Source of the DNA: an uncultured Clostridiaceae bacterium
GTDB taxonomy: Bacteria > Bacillota > Clostridia > TANB77 > CAG-465
Direction of reading: 5' to 3'
Length of the DNA: 15,149 nt
Assembly: GCA_964465775.1 (NCBI GenBank)
Contig: CAYXLQ010000020.1
Location: 1-15,149 of the forward strand
Every line of letters starts with the position of its first letter. The stretch's first letter is position 1. Position numbers and translations under genes: made by a program. Under the pieces are notes generated by a model. The model saw only the letters and a list, made by a program, of their open reading frames with translations. It did no database searches and had not been told where the DNA came from. Of the stretch, positions 7,389 through 15,149 are shown one piece after another.

Positions 7389-8405
7389 ATGAAAATAGGA
7401 GAACAAACATTAGTTTTTGAAAAAAAACCTAAAATACTTAATACTGCTTCTATTGTAGGGCCAAAAGAATCCGAAGGTCCTCTTAGCATATTTTTCGACC
7501 ATAAAATAGAAGATGAGTTATTTGGAGAGGATTCCTTTGAAAAAGCAGAGAGTAAATTTACACAATCTGCCATTGATGCACTGCTTACAAAAGCACCTCT
7601 TGATAAATACATGGTGGATTGCATTTTTGCAGGAGATTTATTAAATCAATGCATTGCTACTGGATATGCCATGAGAGATTCCAACATACCGTTATTTGGT
7701 TTATATGGTGCGTGTTCAACATTTGTTGAAGCTTTAATATTATCTTCATCTTTTGTAAATGCAGGCTATTATAAGCGATGCATTGCTACTGCCTCATCTC
7801 ATTTTGGTTCATCTGAAAGACAGTTTAGATTACCCCTGCAACAAGGTACACAAAGGACTCCCACCCAACAGTGGACAGTGACAGGTGCTGGTGCTGCTTT
7901 AGTTACCCATAATAACGACAGATATAAAAGTCCTGTTGTAACTCATGCAACAGTTGGTAAAATAGTAGACATGGGTATAAAAGATGTTGCTAATATGGGG
8001 GCCGCAATGGCACCTGCTGCTTTTGATACAATACTAACCCATTTAGAAGATACTAAAAGAAAACCAGATTATTATGATTTAATTGTTACAGGAGATCTTG
8101 GAAAAATGGGTTCTGAAATATTAGTAGAACTATTGCAAGCAAAAGGAATAAACATCTCTGTAAACCATAATGATTGTGGCATGTTAATCTACGATCTCGA
8201 ATCTCAAGATATGCATTCTGGAGGTAGTGGGTGTGCTTGTTGTGCTACTGTTTTTTCGGGATATATATATGATTTACTAAAATCAAAAAAAATCAAAAAT
8301 GTTTTATTAGTTGCAACTGGAGCTTTAATGAGCCCCGTTTCCCTTGGTCAAGGTGAATCAATACCTTCGATAGCACATGCCGTTGCAATAGAAAACGAGG
8401 TATAG
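7389..8405 (+). CDS. spoVAD: stage V sporulation protein AD (thiolase-fold)
   Basis: GPKESEGPLSIFFD, DCIFAGDLLNQC, GLYGACSTFVEAL, RQFRLPLQQGTQRTPTQQWTVTGAGA, NHNDCGMLIYD. AAGGAGG upstream of the ATG. Confidence 0.96.
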   Translation: MKIGEQTLVFEKKPKILNTASIVGPKESEGPLSIFFDHKIEDELFGEDSFEKAESKFTQSAIDALLTKAPLDKYMVDCIFAGDLLNQCIATGYAMRDSNIPLFGLYGACSTFVEALILSSSFVNAGYYKRCIATASSHFGSSERQFRLPLQQGTQRTPTQQWTVTGAGAALVTHNNDRYKSPVVTHATVGKIVDMGIKDVANMGAAMAPAAFDTILTHLEDTKRKPDYYDLIVTGDLGKMGSEILVELLQAKGINISVNHNDCGMLIYDLESQDMHSGGSGCACCATVFSGYIYDLLKSKKIKNVLLVATGALMSPVSLGQGESIPSIAHAVAIENEV

Positions 8406-8408
8406 AAT

Positions 8409-8775
8409 ATGGATATTTTAATGATTTATTTAAGAGTTTTCTTTACAGGTGGTTTGATTTGTCTATTAGGACAAATATTAATTGACAAAACCAAACTTAC
8501 TCCTGCTAGAATATTGGTTGTATTTGTAGTTACTGGCGCTATCTTAACAAGTCTTGGCATTTACCAACATATTATAGACTTCCGGTAAAGCTGGAGCTTC
8601 TGTTCCCATTTCAGGATTCGGATATGCTTTAGCTAAAGGAGTTATGTCCGAAGTAGACAAGCATGGCTTTTTAGGAATATTCACAGGTGGCATTGTTGCA
8701 ACAGCAGCTGGCGTATCAGCTGCGATATTCTTCGGATACTTTGCAGCATTATTTTCAAAACCTCATATGAAATAA
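8409..8775 (+). pseudogene. spoVAE: stage V sporulation protein AE (SpoVAEB-like), interrupted by a +1 frame disruption near 8583
   Basis: Frame A 8409-8588: MDILMIYLRVFFTGGLICLLGQILIDKTKLTPARILVVFVVTGAILTSLGIYQHIIDFR*. Frame B 8584-8775: GKAGASVPISGFGYALAKGVMSEVDKHGFLGIFTGGIVATAAGVSAAIFFGYFAALFSKPHMK*. Together they read as one full-length SpoVAE. Neither half is in the supplied ORF track. Confidence 0.9.
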
Positions 8776-8861
8776 TGTATTATTTTGTTTATCTATTTTT
8801 GAATATCTTTAATCAATACCGGACATAATAATTATGTGATAAATATATAAGGAGGGTTATT

Positions 8862-9044
8862 ATGGATTCATTAAATCAAATTGAAATTCAAAACATAAGA
8901 CACGTTGTTTCTGGTTTAACTGGGGCATGTAGTAAAATCACTTACTACAAAACACTAACTAGTGATGAAAATCTTACAGAATTATATGACAGAATATGTA
9001 CACAATCAGATGCTCTGAAACAAGAGCTAACAAATATATTATAG
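8862..9044 (+). CDS. small spore-coat-associated-like protein
   Basis: 60 aa, AAGGAGGG before the ATG, immediately upstream of a CotF-like gene and downstream of the spoVA cluster. Confidence 0.55.
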   Translation: MDSLNQIEIQNIRHVVSGLTGACSKITYYKTLTSDENLTELYDRICTQSDALKQELTNIL

Positions 9045-9055
9045 GAGGTATAAAA

Positions 9056-9301
9056 ATGGATGAAAAAACAGCCGTATCAGATACACTCGCAAGTGTAAAT
9101 TCGATATTAAATAAATTAAATTATTCAATTGAACAAGCAAATGATAAAATGTTTCGTGAAACATGTCAAAACTATAGGGATATTTTCGAAGCGGTACAGT
9201 GGGATGTTTATGAATATGCTAAGCAAAAACAATACTATGTTCCTGCAGCACCTGCTGGGCAAGCAGATATAGAACAAGTAAAACAAAGTATTCAAGGATA
9301 A
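9056..9301 (+). CDS. spore coat protein, CotF-like
   Basis: MDEKTAVSDTLASVNSILNKLNYSIEQANDKMFRETCQNYRDIFEAVQWDVYEYAKQKQYYVPAAPA; AGGAGG before the ATG at 9056. Track start at 8996 is upstream of this RBS. Confidence 0.6.
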   Translation: MDEKTAVSDTLASVNSILNKLNYSIEQANDKMFRETCQNYRDIFEAVQWDVYEYAKQKQYYVPAAPAGQADIEQVKQSIQG

Positions 9302-9305
9302 ATAT

Positions 9306-9329
9306 AAAACAGAGCTATTGCTCTGTTTT
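9306..9329. terminator. intrinsic terminator after the coat-like genes, possibly bidirectional with the convergent ligase gene
   Basis: AAAACAGAGC(9306-9315) TATT GCTCTGTTTT(9320-9329), perfect 10-bp stem. Confidence 0.75.
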
Positions 9330-9339
9330 ATTTATATAT

Positions 9340-11040
9340 TTATTCTTCTTTATTAGATTCTAAGAATCTCTTTATTTTTAGTGTTGTAGTCTTCTCAAAA
9401 TCCTTTAATTTTATTTTCAAGTTTTTCACAGCTTTATATGAGACCATTTTATCATTTATTGATTTTATGCCTTCCCATATCTTCTCTTTTATTGTAGAAT
9501 AGTCTGGTTTTTCATTATTATAAAATTCCTGGATCTCTTCTTCATTTAATGTTACTATTGCTGAAACTGACATATCTGATCCAGAGCCTTCCCCATAAAC
9601 CATAGACTCTTTTACTAATTTGAGTTTATTTATTTCAAATTCTATCTCTTCAGGATAAATATTCTTTCCATTATTAGTCACTATAACATTTTTAGATCTT
9701 CCAGTAATATGTAAATGTCCTTCATCGTCAAAGAAACCTACATCTCCTGTATAAAACCAACCATCTTTAATTACTTCTTTAGTTGCTTCTTCATCTTCAT
9801 AATATCCGAGCATAACGTTTGCACCTCTTACAAGTATTTCGCCCTCTTTTGTGCCTTCTTTTGTGTTAATTTTAATTTCACAGTTCGCTGCTTGCCCAAC
9901 AGTACCAGCTTTTCTTGTTTCTTCTCTTGTTGCTGATACTAAAGGTGCAGTTTCTGTTAAACCATATCCTTGTAAAACAGTATATCCATATCCTTCTATT
10001 TGTTCAATTATAGTTTTTTCAATCGGAGCTGCAGCTACTAATATATATTTTAAGTTTCCTCCTAAGGATTCATGAATTTTCGCAAAGACTTTTCTTTTTA
10101 ATTTAGCTCCCAACTTTCCTAACTTATTTGTTATTTTAACTAGTGTTCCAACTAGTTTTTCTTTTTTTGTTTCTTCAAGTGTTTTATTTATCTTCTTGCA
10201 AACATGTTCTACTAGTAACGGAACACAAACAAGTACTGTTGGTTTAGAATCCTTAATATCTTTACTTATGTATTTTAAGCCTTCACATATTACTACCGAT
10301 GATCCATTAGCAAGAGCATACATTCCTGTAACTATTGATTCATATATATGATGCATTGGAAGAACAGAGAAAAATCTATCTTCTATTCCTACTCTTAAAA
10401 TATCCGTTGCTCCATCAAGATTTGAAATTATATTATTATGTGATAACATTACTCCTTTTGAACTTGAAGTAGTACCAGATGTAAACATTAACACTTTAAA
10501 ACTATCAGGGTCTATTTCTTTATTATCATACCATTTGTCTCCATCATTTAAAAGTTTGTTCCCTTCTAGCACAAGTTCATTTAATGACAAACTATTATCA
10601 TCTGATTTTTCTTGGTTCATATTTATATATATAATCTCATCGCTTAAATTATATTTAATACTATTTATAACTTCTTTTTTTTCATCTGAATATATAATAC
10701 ATTTAGCTTTTGACCTTTTTAATAAATTTTCTATTTCATTTTGAGGCAGCTCTTTATCAAGAGGTACTATAATTCCAACTCCTGTTAAAACAGCTAAATA
10801 CGACATATACCACTTATAACTATTTTTCCCAATTACTGCTATTCTTTCATCTTCTAAATTATATTTTTTAGCAAGAACAGTAGCAAGTGATTTAACATCT
10901 TTCCTTAGTTTATTAAAAGATATTTCTTCAAACTTTTTGTTTTTTTTGTTTTTTTCAAGATATGCTACCTTATCCCCATATTCTAGGAATTTTTTTTGAA
11001 CAACATCCTTTAACGAGTACAATTCTCCTCTTTTTAACAT
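9340..11040 (-). CDS. AMP-forming long-chain fatty acid--CoA ligase-like protein
   Basis: VLMFTSGTTSSSKGVMLSHNN, QGYGLTETAPLVSATR, GWFYTGDVGFFDDEGHLHITGRSKNVIVTNNGKNIYPEEIE. Start set at the ATG at 11040 because the ATG at 11052 overlaps the GGAGG. Confidence 0.92.
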   Translation of the reverse strand: MLKRGELYSLKDVVQKKFLEYGDKVAYLEKNKKNKKFEEISFNKLRKDVKSLATVLAKKYNLEDERIAVIGKNSYKWYMSYLAVLTGVGIIVPLDKELPQNEIENLLKRSKAKCIIYSDEKKEVINSIKYNLSDEIIYINMNQEKSDDNSLSLNELVLEGNKLLNDGDKWYDNKEIDPDSFKVLMFTSGTTSSSKGVMLSHNNIISNLDGATDILRVGIEDRFFSVLPMHHIYESIVTGMYALANGSSVVICEGLKYISKDIKDSKPTVLVCVPLLVEHVCKKINKTLEETKKEKLVGTLVKITNKLGKLGAKLKRKVFAKIHESLGGNLKYILVAAAPIEKTIIEQIEGYGYTVLQGYGLTETAPLVSATREETRKAGTVGQAANCEIKINTKEGTKEGEILVRGANVMLGYYEDEEATKEVIKDGWFYTGDVGFFDDEGHLHITGRSKNVIVTNNGKNIYPEEIEFEINKLKLVKESMVYGEGSGSDMSVSAIVTLNEEEIQEFYNNEKPDYSTIKEKIWEGIKSINDKMVSYKAVKNLKIKLKDFEKTTTLKIKRFLESNKEE

Positions 11041-11070
11041 TTTAACCTCCATAATTATTACCTTATAACA

Positions 11071-11099
11071 ATTATACTTTTATTTTTAAAAGAAGTCAA
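11071..11099 (-). promoter_or_regulatory. SigA-type promoter for the AMP-forming ligase gene
   Basis: Minus strand TTGACT (11099-11094), 17 nt, TATAAT (11076-11071). Confidence 0.6.
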
Positions 11100-11251
11100 C
11101 CAGAAAATGTAAATATTCTATTTATTATTAATATTAAATCTATCATTTGAATTTTATTCCATTACATCCAGGTTTTTATATGTATTCTTAGTTTTTGGAC
11201 ATTCTAACATTTTTTTCTGAGGCTTTTCTTCTACTTACATAAAATTCTTAA

Positions 11252-11665
11252 TCAGTACTTACTAATCCAATCTTCACCATTAGTATTTTTTCCTTTTTGT
11301 CCCTTTTCCTTTATAGGATTTAAATTATTCATTTCAACAAATCTATCAATCTCACAATTTTCTGCAACAGGATTATATTCATAATTAATTATATCTTCTC
11401 CTCTATTGCTACTCTTTATAGATGTTGAAAAGTCTATTTTTCTACCTGTCATTTCTTCATATTTATTAATTACAAATTCCCTCGCATTCATGTCATTGTA
11501 GGCACCTACTAAAGCGTTATATTCCCTATCATTTATTATTCTATCACTTTTTAATTTTTGTAAAGCATTTATATAATTTATTTGACCTTGTGAGAAGCTT
11601 TTTAAAATTCTAACTATTGAAATTATTATGAACATTGTAACTATTGGAAATATTAATACTACCAT
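11252..11665 (-). CDS. hypothetical protein with a single N-terminal membrane segment
   Basis: MVVLIFPIVTMFIIISIVRILKSF then a soluble part; GGGGTG upstream of the ATG; tightly downstream of the prepilin peptidase gene. Confidence 0.65.
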   Translation of the reverse strand: MVVLIFPIVTMFIIISIVRILKSFSQGQINYINALQKLKSDRIINDREYNALVGAYNDMNAREFVINKYEEMTGRKIDFSTSIKSSNRGEDIINYEYNPVAENCEIDRFVEMNNLNPIKEKGQKGKNTNGEDWISKY

Positions 11666-11686
11666 AAGTTCACCCCCTATTATTTG

Positions 11687-12430
11687 TTAATTATTTGTTA
11701 GTTTAAATATAATATCTGTTATTCCAGTTCCGAGCCACATACAAAAATTGTAATACATTGATATAAATACTTGTTCCCCGAAAAACATTATAAGAACAAC
11801 TGCTATTACTATAAACGGTCCAAATGGAATATAACTATCAACTGTCTTTTTCTTTAAAGCTATAAGAATTATACTAATTACTGCTGCAATAGCAAAAGAT
11901 AGTATAGTTATTACTAATATTGTTTTTAGCCCAAATAAAAAACCTAATGATGCCATTAGTTTTACATCACCAAAACCCATTCCCTCTTTTTTATATATTA
12001 AAAGCGCCAACAATCCTAAAACATAAAAGGAACCTCCACCAATTATAGCTCCAAGAAGATAAGAATTCCAATTTGACAAGTTAAATAACAGATTGACTGC
12101 TCCTATAACTGCTATAATTATATGACATTCATCAGGTATTAAGGTAAATCTATAATCAATTGAAAATACTATTGCTAGGCTGAATATACAAATCATGTAA
12201 AGATAACTTTGATAACCTACTCCAAGAACAAAATTCAAACCATAGAAAAGGATTAAATATATTATTGTATATTTTATATCAAGTTTAAAATCCGTTTTAA
12301 GTGATTCCATATATTCTTTGAATGATATTTCCTCCGATACCCAAGGCGGCATTTTTCTACACAAATGTTTTGTAGCTTGGCCTAAAATAATTGCTAGAAC
12401 TGCAGTTATTATATATGCTATATATTCCAT
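11687..12430 (-). CDS. A24-family prepilin peptidase
   Basis: Two-aspartate signature context: SIDYRFTLIPDECHI and YKKEGMGFGDVKLMASLGFLFG; multi-pass membrane protein. Confidence 0.85.
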   Translation of the reverse strand: MEYIAYIITAVLAIILGQATKHLCRKMPPWVSEEISFKEYMESLKTDFKLDIKYTIIYLILFYGLNFVLGVGYQSYLYMICIFSLAIVFSIDYRFTLIPDECHIIIAVIGAVNLLFNLSNWNSYLLGAIIGGGSFYVLGLLALLIYKKEGMGFGDVKLMASLGFLFGLKTILVITILSFAIAAVISIILIALKKKTVDSYIPFGPFIVIAVVLIMFFGEQVFISMYYNFCMWLGTGITDIIFKLTNN

Positions 12431-12433
12431 ATA

Positions 12434-12961
12434 TTATTTCTTCCCCTTTTTCATTTTAATATCTGCCTTATATTGTTTATGATCCTTTAGTATTATGTTT
12501 TCAATAGGTCTTTTAATTTTCACCCAAAACTCTTCATTTTTATCAAAAGGTCTAACTAATATTGAAATTATTCCAAATATATTCGCACCCCATATATCTG
12601 TAAAAACCTGATCACCAATCATACAAACTTGATCTTTTGGCAAATCTAATAAGTCTAGCGCAAAACCATACCCTCTTTGTAAAGGTTTCATTGCGAAATT
12701 AAGTCCATTTATATCTAACTCTTTCATAAACCCACGTATTTTTTTTTGCCTATGACTATTACTTAAAATACACATGCGTATATTCCTGGCTTTTGCTTCC
12801 CTTATCCAATCAGCTTTTTCTTTACTAATAATCCCCTTATAATCAGTAAGAGTATTGTCTAAATCGAAAATTAAACCTTTAATTTTATTCTTTTCTAAAA
12901 TCTCAAAAGGTATTTTATCAACACTCTCATATATATATGTAGGCCTTAATATTTTTGCCAT
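12434..12961 (-). CDS. YqeG-family HAD IIIA-type phosphatase
   Basis: LRPTYIYESVDKIPFEILEKNKIKGLIFDLDNTLTDY, RMCILSNSHR, VCMIGDQVFTDIWGAN. Start set at the ATG at 12961 preceded by TAGGGGG; track start at 13051 is likely too far upstream. Confidence 0.87.
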   Translation of the reverse strand: MAKILRPTYIYESVDKIPFEILEKNKIKGLIFDLDNTLTDYKGIISKEKADWIREAKARNIRMCILSNSHRQKKIRGFMKELDINGLNFAMKPLQRGYGFALDLLDLPKDQVCMIGDQVFTDIWGANIFGIISILVRPFDKNEEFWVKIKRPIENIILKDHKQYKADIKMKKGKK

Positions 12962-13137
12962 GTTTTCCCCCCTACTTTTATCTAATGATATCGTACCATT
13001 TTTCATAATCATTTGCAATCTCATTGCTATTATTTTCTTCTTTTTAATCACATCCTTTAAATGTTACTTTTATTTTATTTATAAATGTGCTATACTTTAT
13101 AATAACATTGAAAAAATTGATAAAGGAAGTGAAAAAA

Positions 13138-14373
13138 ATGAATACAGTATACGAGGAGTTAAAATCTAGAGATTTAATCAAACAACTCCCTTTCGAAGAT
13201 GAATTTAAAGAATTAGTTAAAAACGAGAAGATTTCAGTATATTTAGGTATTGATCCTACAGCAGATAGTATACATATAGGACACTTTATACCACTTATGC
13301 TTATGTCATATTTCCAAAAGCATGGCCATAAACCCATTATTCTTATGGGTGGGGGAACTGCTATGATTGGTGACCCTTCAAACAAGACAGATATGCGTAA
13401 AATGCTTTCATTAGAAGATATTGAAAATAATGTTAAAAATATCAAAGAACAAGTAAGCCGTTTTGTTTCTTTTGAAGGAGATAATGGTGCTGTAATAGTA
13501 AATAATGCTGATTGGATTTTAGACCTTAATTATATGGATTTTATTCGTAATTACGGTATACATTTTAATGTTAATAGAATGCTTGATGCTGACTGTTTTA
13601 AAATGCGTATGGAAAAAGGTGGTCTTACCTTCTTTGAAATGAATTATATGCTTATGCAAAGCTATGATTTCCTTCACTTATTTGAAAACTATAATTGCAA
13701 ATTACAGATAGGAGGAGATGATCAGTGGTCAAATATGCTAGCTGGAGTAGATCTGATTCGTAAACTCCATAAAAGTGGAAGTTTTTGTTTAACATGTCCA
13801 TTATTACTTACTTCAAATGGAGTTAAAATGGGTAAAACAGAAAAAGGTGCTTTATGGCTTGATCCTAAAAAAACTTCTCCATATGAGTTTTATCAATATT
13901 GGAGAAATATTGGAGATTCTGAAGTTAATAGTGTTTTAAGAATGTTGACTCATTTAGAAATGGATGAAGTAAATAGGTTATCTAGTTTAAAAGATGAAAA
14001 AACAAATGAAGCTAAAAAAATTGCAGCTTATGAAATTACGAAACTAATACACGGAGAAGAAGAAGCTATAAAGGCAAAAAAAACTTCTGAGGATTTGTTT
14101 GAAAAAAAATCTAACAATGAAGATATGCCAATAGTAACTCTATCAAAAGAATTACTTGTAAATGATCAAATATCAGTTTTAAATATTCTAACTGCTATCA
14201 ACGTTGCTCCTTCTAAAGGCCAAGCTAGAATCTTAGTATCACAAGGAGGAATTTCAATTGATGCTGCAAAAATCATTGATGAAAAAGCAATTATACACAC
14301 ATCTGATTTTGAAAAAGGTTATATAGTATTAAGAAAAGGAAAAAAGGTATTCTTAAAAATTATAATCGAATAA
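13138..14373 (+). CDS. tyrS: tyrosyl-tRNA synthetase
   Basis: YLGIDPTADSIHIGHFIPLML (HIGH-type), GGGTAMIGDPSNKTDMR, QIGGDDQWSNMLAGVDLIRK, GVKMGKTEKGALWLDP (KMSKS-type). AAAGGAAG before the ATG at 13138. Confidence 0.97.
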   Translation: MNTVYEELKSRDLIKQLPFEDEFKELVKNEKISVYLGIDPTADSIHIGHFIPLMLMSYFQKHGHKPIILMGGGTAMIGDPSNKTDMRKMLSLEDIENNVKNIKEQVSRFVSFEGDNGAVIVNNADWILDLNYMDFIRNYGIHFNVNRMLDADCFKMRMEKGGLTFFEMNYMLMQSYDFLHLFENYNCKLQIGGDDQWSNMLAGVDLIRKLHKSGSFCLTCPLLLTSNGVKMGKTEKGALWLDPKKTSPYEFYQYWRNIGDSEVNSVLRMLTHLEMDEVNRLSSLKDEKTNEAKKIAAYEITKLIHGEEEAIKAKKTSEDLFEKKSNNEDMPIVTLSKELLVNDQISVLNILTAINVAPSKGQARILVSQGGISIDAAKIIDEKAIIHTSDFEKGYIVLRKGKKVFLKIIIE

Positions 14374-14412
14374 ATAATGTTAGAGTCAGTATATTATTAA
14401 TACTGTATAATA

Positions 14413-14457
14413 AATGTTGGGGTGAGAAATAAAATTCTCATCTCAACATTCTTTTTT
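14413..14457 (+). terminator. intrinsic terminator of tyrS
   Basis: AATGTTGGGGTGAGAA(14413-14428) ATAAAA TTCTCATCTCAACATT(14435-14450), stem with two G-U pairs, followed by CTTTTTT. Confidence 0.85.
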
Positions 14458-14712
14458 ACATAAAAAATTGCAATTAAATCATTAATACCCTAACATAATA
14501 TTACTAGAATATTTGCTTTACAAGAGGGGATTAGATAAGGTTAGATAGCAAGTACAAAAAAACTTGATAAGAATACGAGAATACATTTCAAACATAGCAA
14601 ATATATTCTCCATAAAAGAAATACATATCTTCAGCTCGCGTTATCCTGTTTAAAAAGAATTTGATTAGTACTATTTTAGATATATTGGTAATTCATAATT
14701 AAAAATGTCTTT

Positions 14713-14750
14713 AAAAAAGTGAGGTGTAAGTAATTTTCATTACTCACACC
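14713..14750 (-). terminator. candidate intrinsic terminator for the 14778..15149 minus-strand gene
   Basis: GGTGTAAGTAAT(14723-14734)/ATTACTCACACC(14739-14750) with one mismatch; T-run on the minus strand at 14718-14713. Confidence 0.55.
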
Positions 14751-14777
14751 CCCAACATTTCACATTGATTCCAGTTT

Positions 14778-15149
14778 TTACATCAGACAATCATATAAAA
14801 CATCACCAAGATTAGTTATCCCGTCCTTTGTTATTTCATACTCAACTTCTTTTAAAGCTTCTTCAAGGTTTTCTCTGAACTTTTTAGTTATTCTGTCATC
14901 AGTGAGCTCTTTGACATCGTAGTAAATATTTTTAGATATATACTTTCCTTCTTCTGTCTTAAGTGTAAGTATAAGTTTTGCTGGCTCTCCACCAACTACA
15001 AACGAGCCATTGCCTCCTGCGTACGCTCTTTTAGGCCGTCTATTGCCTTTAACACCTTGAACAATACGAGCTCCTTCTCCAGGAATCCAGTCAAGTTCAG
15101 AAAAATGTGCCTTTACTTTATCTTTCTTAGTTTCATTAGATTTTTTCAT
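14778..15149 (-). CDS. hypothetical protein, 123 aa, reaching the right edge
   Basis: Open frame with basic N-terminus and SELDWIPGEGARIVQGVKGNRRPKRAYAGGNGSFVVGG. The ATG coincides with the last base of the window, so the true start may lie outside. Confidence 0.6.
   Translation of the reverse strand: MKKSNETKKDKVKAHFSELDWIPGEGARIVQGVKGNRRPKRAYAGGNGSFVVGGEPAKLILTLKTEEGKYISKNIYYDVKELTDDRITKKFRENLEEALKEVEYEITKDGITNLGDVLYDCLM

Noticed and set aside
7346-7624. Track ORF 7346..7624 (-)
   Set aside because: Antisense to spoVAD/spoVAC with no independent support.
9715-10744. Track ORFs 9715..9936, 9851..10075 and 10535..10744 (+)
   Set aside because: Antisense to the AMP-forming ligase, which has clear motifs across the whole span.
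11154-11210. Tiny minus-strand ORF MLECPKTKNTYKNLDVME
   Set aside because: 18 aa with no ribosome-binding site, in a spacer between genes.
13052-13137. T-box leader for tyrS
   Set aside because: The divergent spacer is too short and no T-box/antiterminator sequence is visible.
12855-13445. Track ORFs 12855..13169 (+) and 13044..13445 (-)
   Set aside because: Overlap the yqeG-like and tyrS coding starts, with no RBS or family motifs.
1-15149. CRISPR array, transposon ends or a multi-gene defence island
   Set aside because: No regularly spaced repeats, transposase or known defence-enzyme motifs were seen on either strand.

Overview
Low-GC, Clostridia-like chromosomal window made mostly of sporulation and housekeeping genes. 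Supported content, left to right: a TrbC/VirB2-like small membrane protein (-); an M23 peptidase (+) split by a one-base frame disruption; two tandem SSB-like paralogues (-); a TraX-family membrane protein (-); glucose-6-phosphate isomerase pgi (-); a SpoIIP-like protein (-); a DivIVA-like coiled-coil protein (-); spoVAC-spoVAD-spoVAE (+), with spoVAE split by a one-base frame disruption; two small spore-coat-like proteins (+); an AMP-forming acyl-CoA synthetase (-); a hypothetical protein, an A24 prepilin peptidase and a YqeG-family HAD phosphatase (-); tyrS (+); and a hypothetical protein running to the right edge (-). I see no CRISPR array, rRNA, tRNA, transposase, relaxase or recognisable defence system. 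The most interesting signal is that both frame disruptions sit at a zero-frame CGG codon followed by a +1-frame glycine codon (C|GGA and C|GGT). By eye, in-frame CGG is otherwise almost absent from the window. This could be two sequencing or assembly errors, real lesions, or +1 recoding at a starved CGG codon; comparative sequence and read data would decide. Secondary points are a tandem SSB-like duplication with matching terminators, and an SSB-like gene promoter whose -10 lies in the loop of the upstream gene's terminator hairpin.
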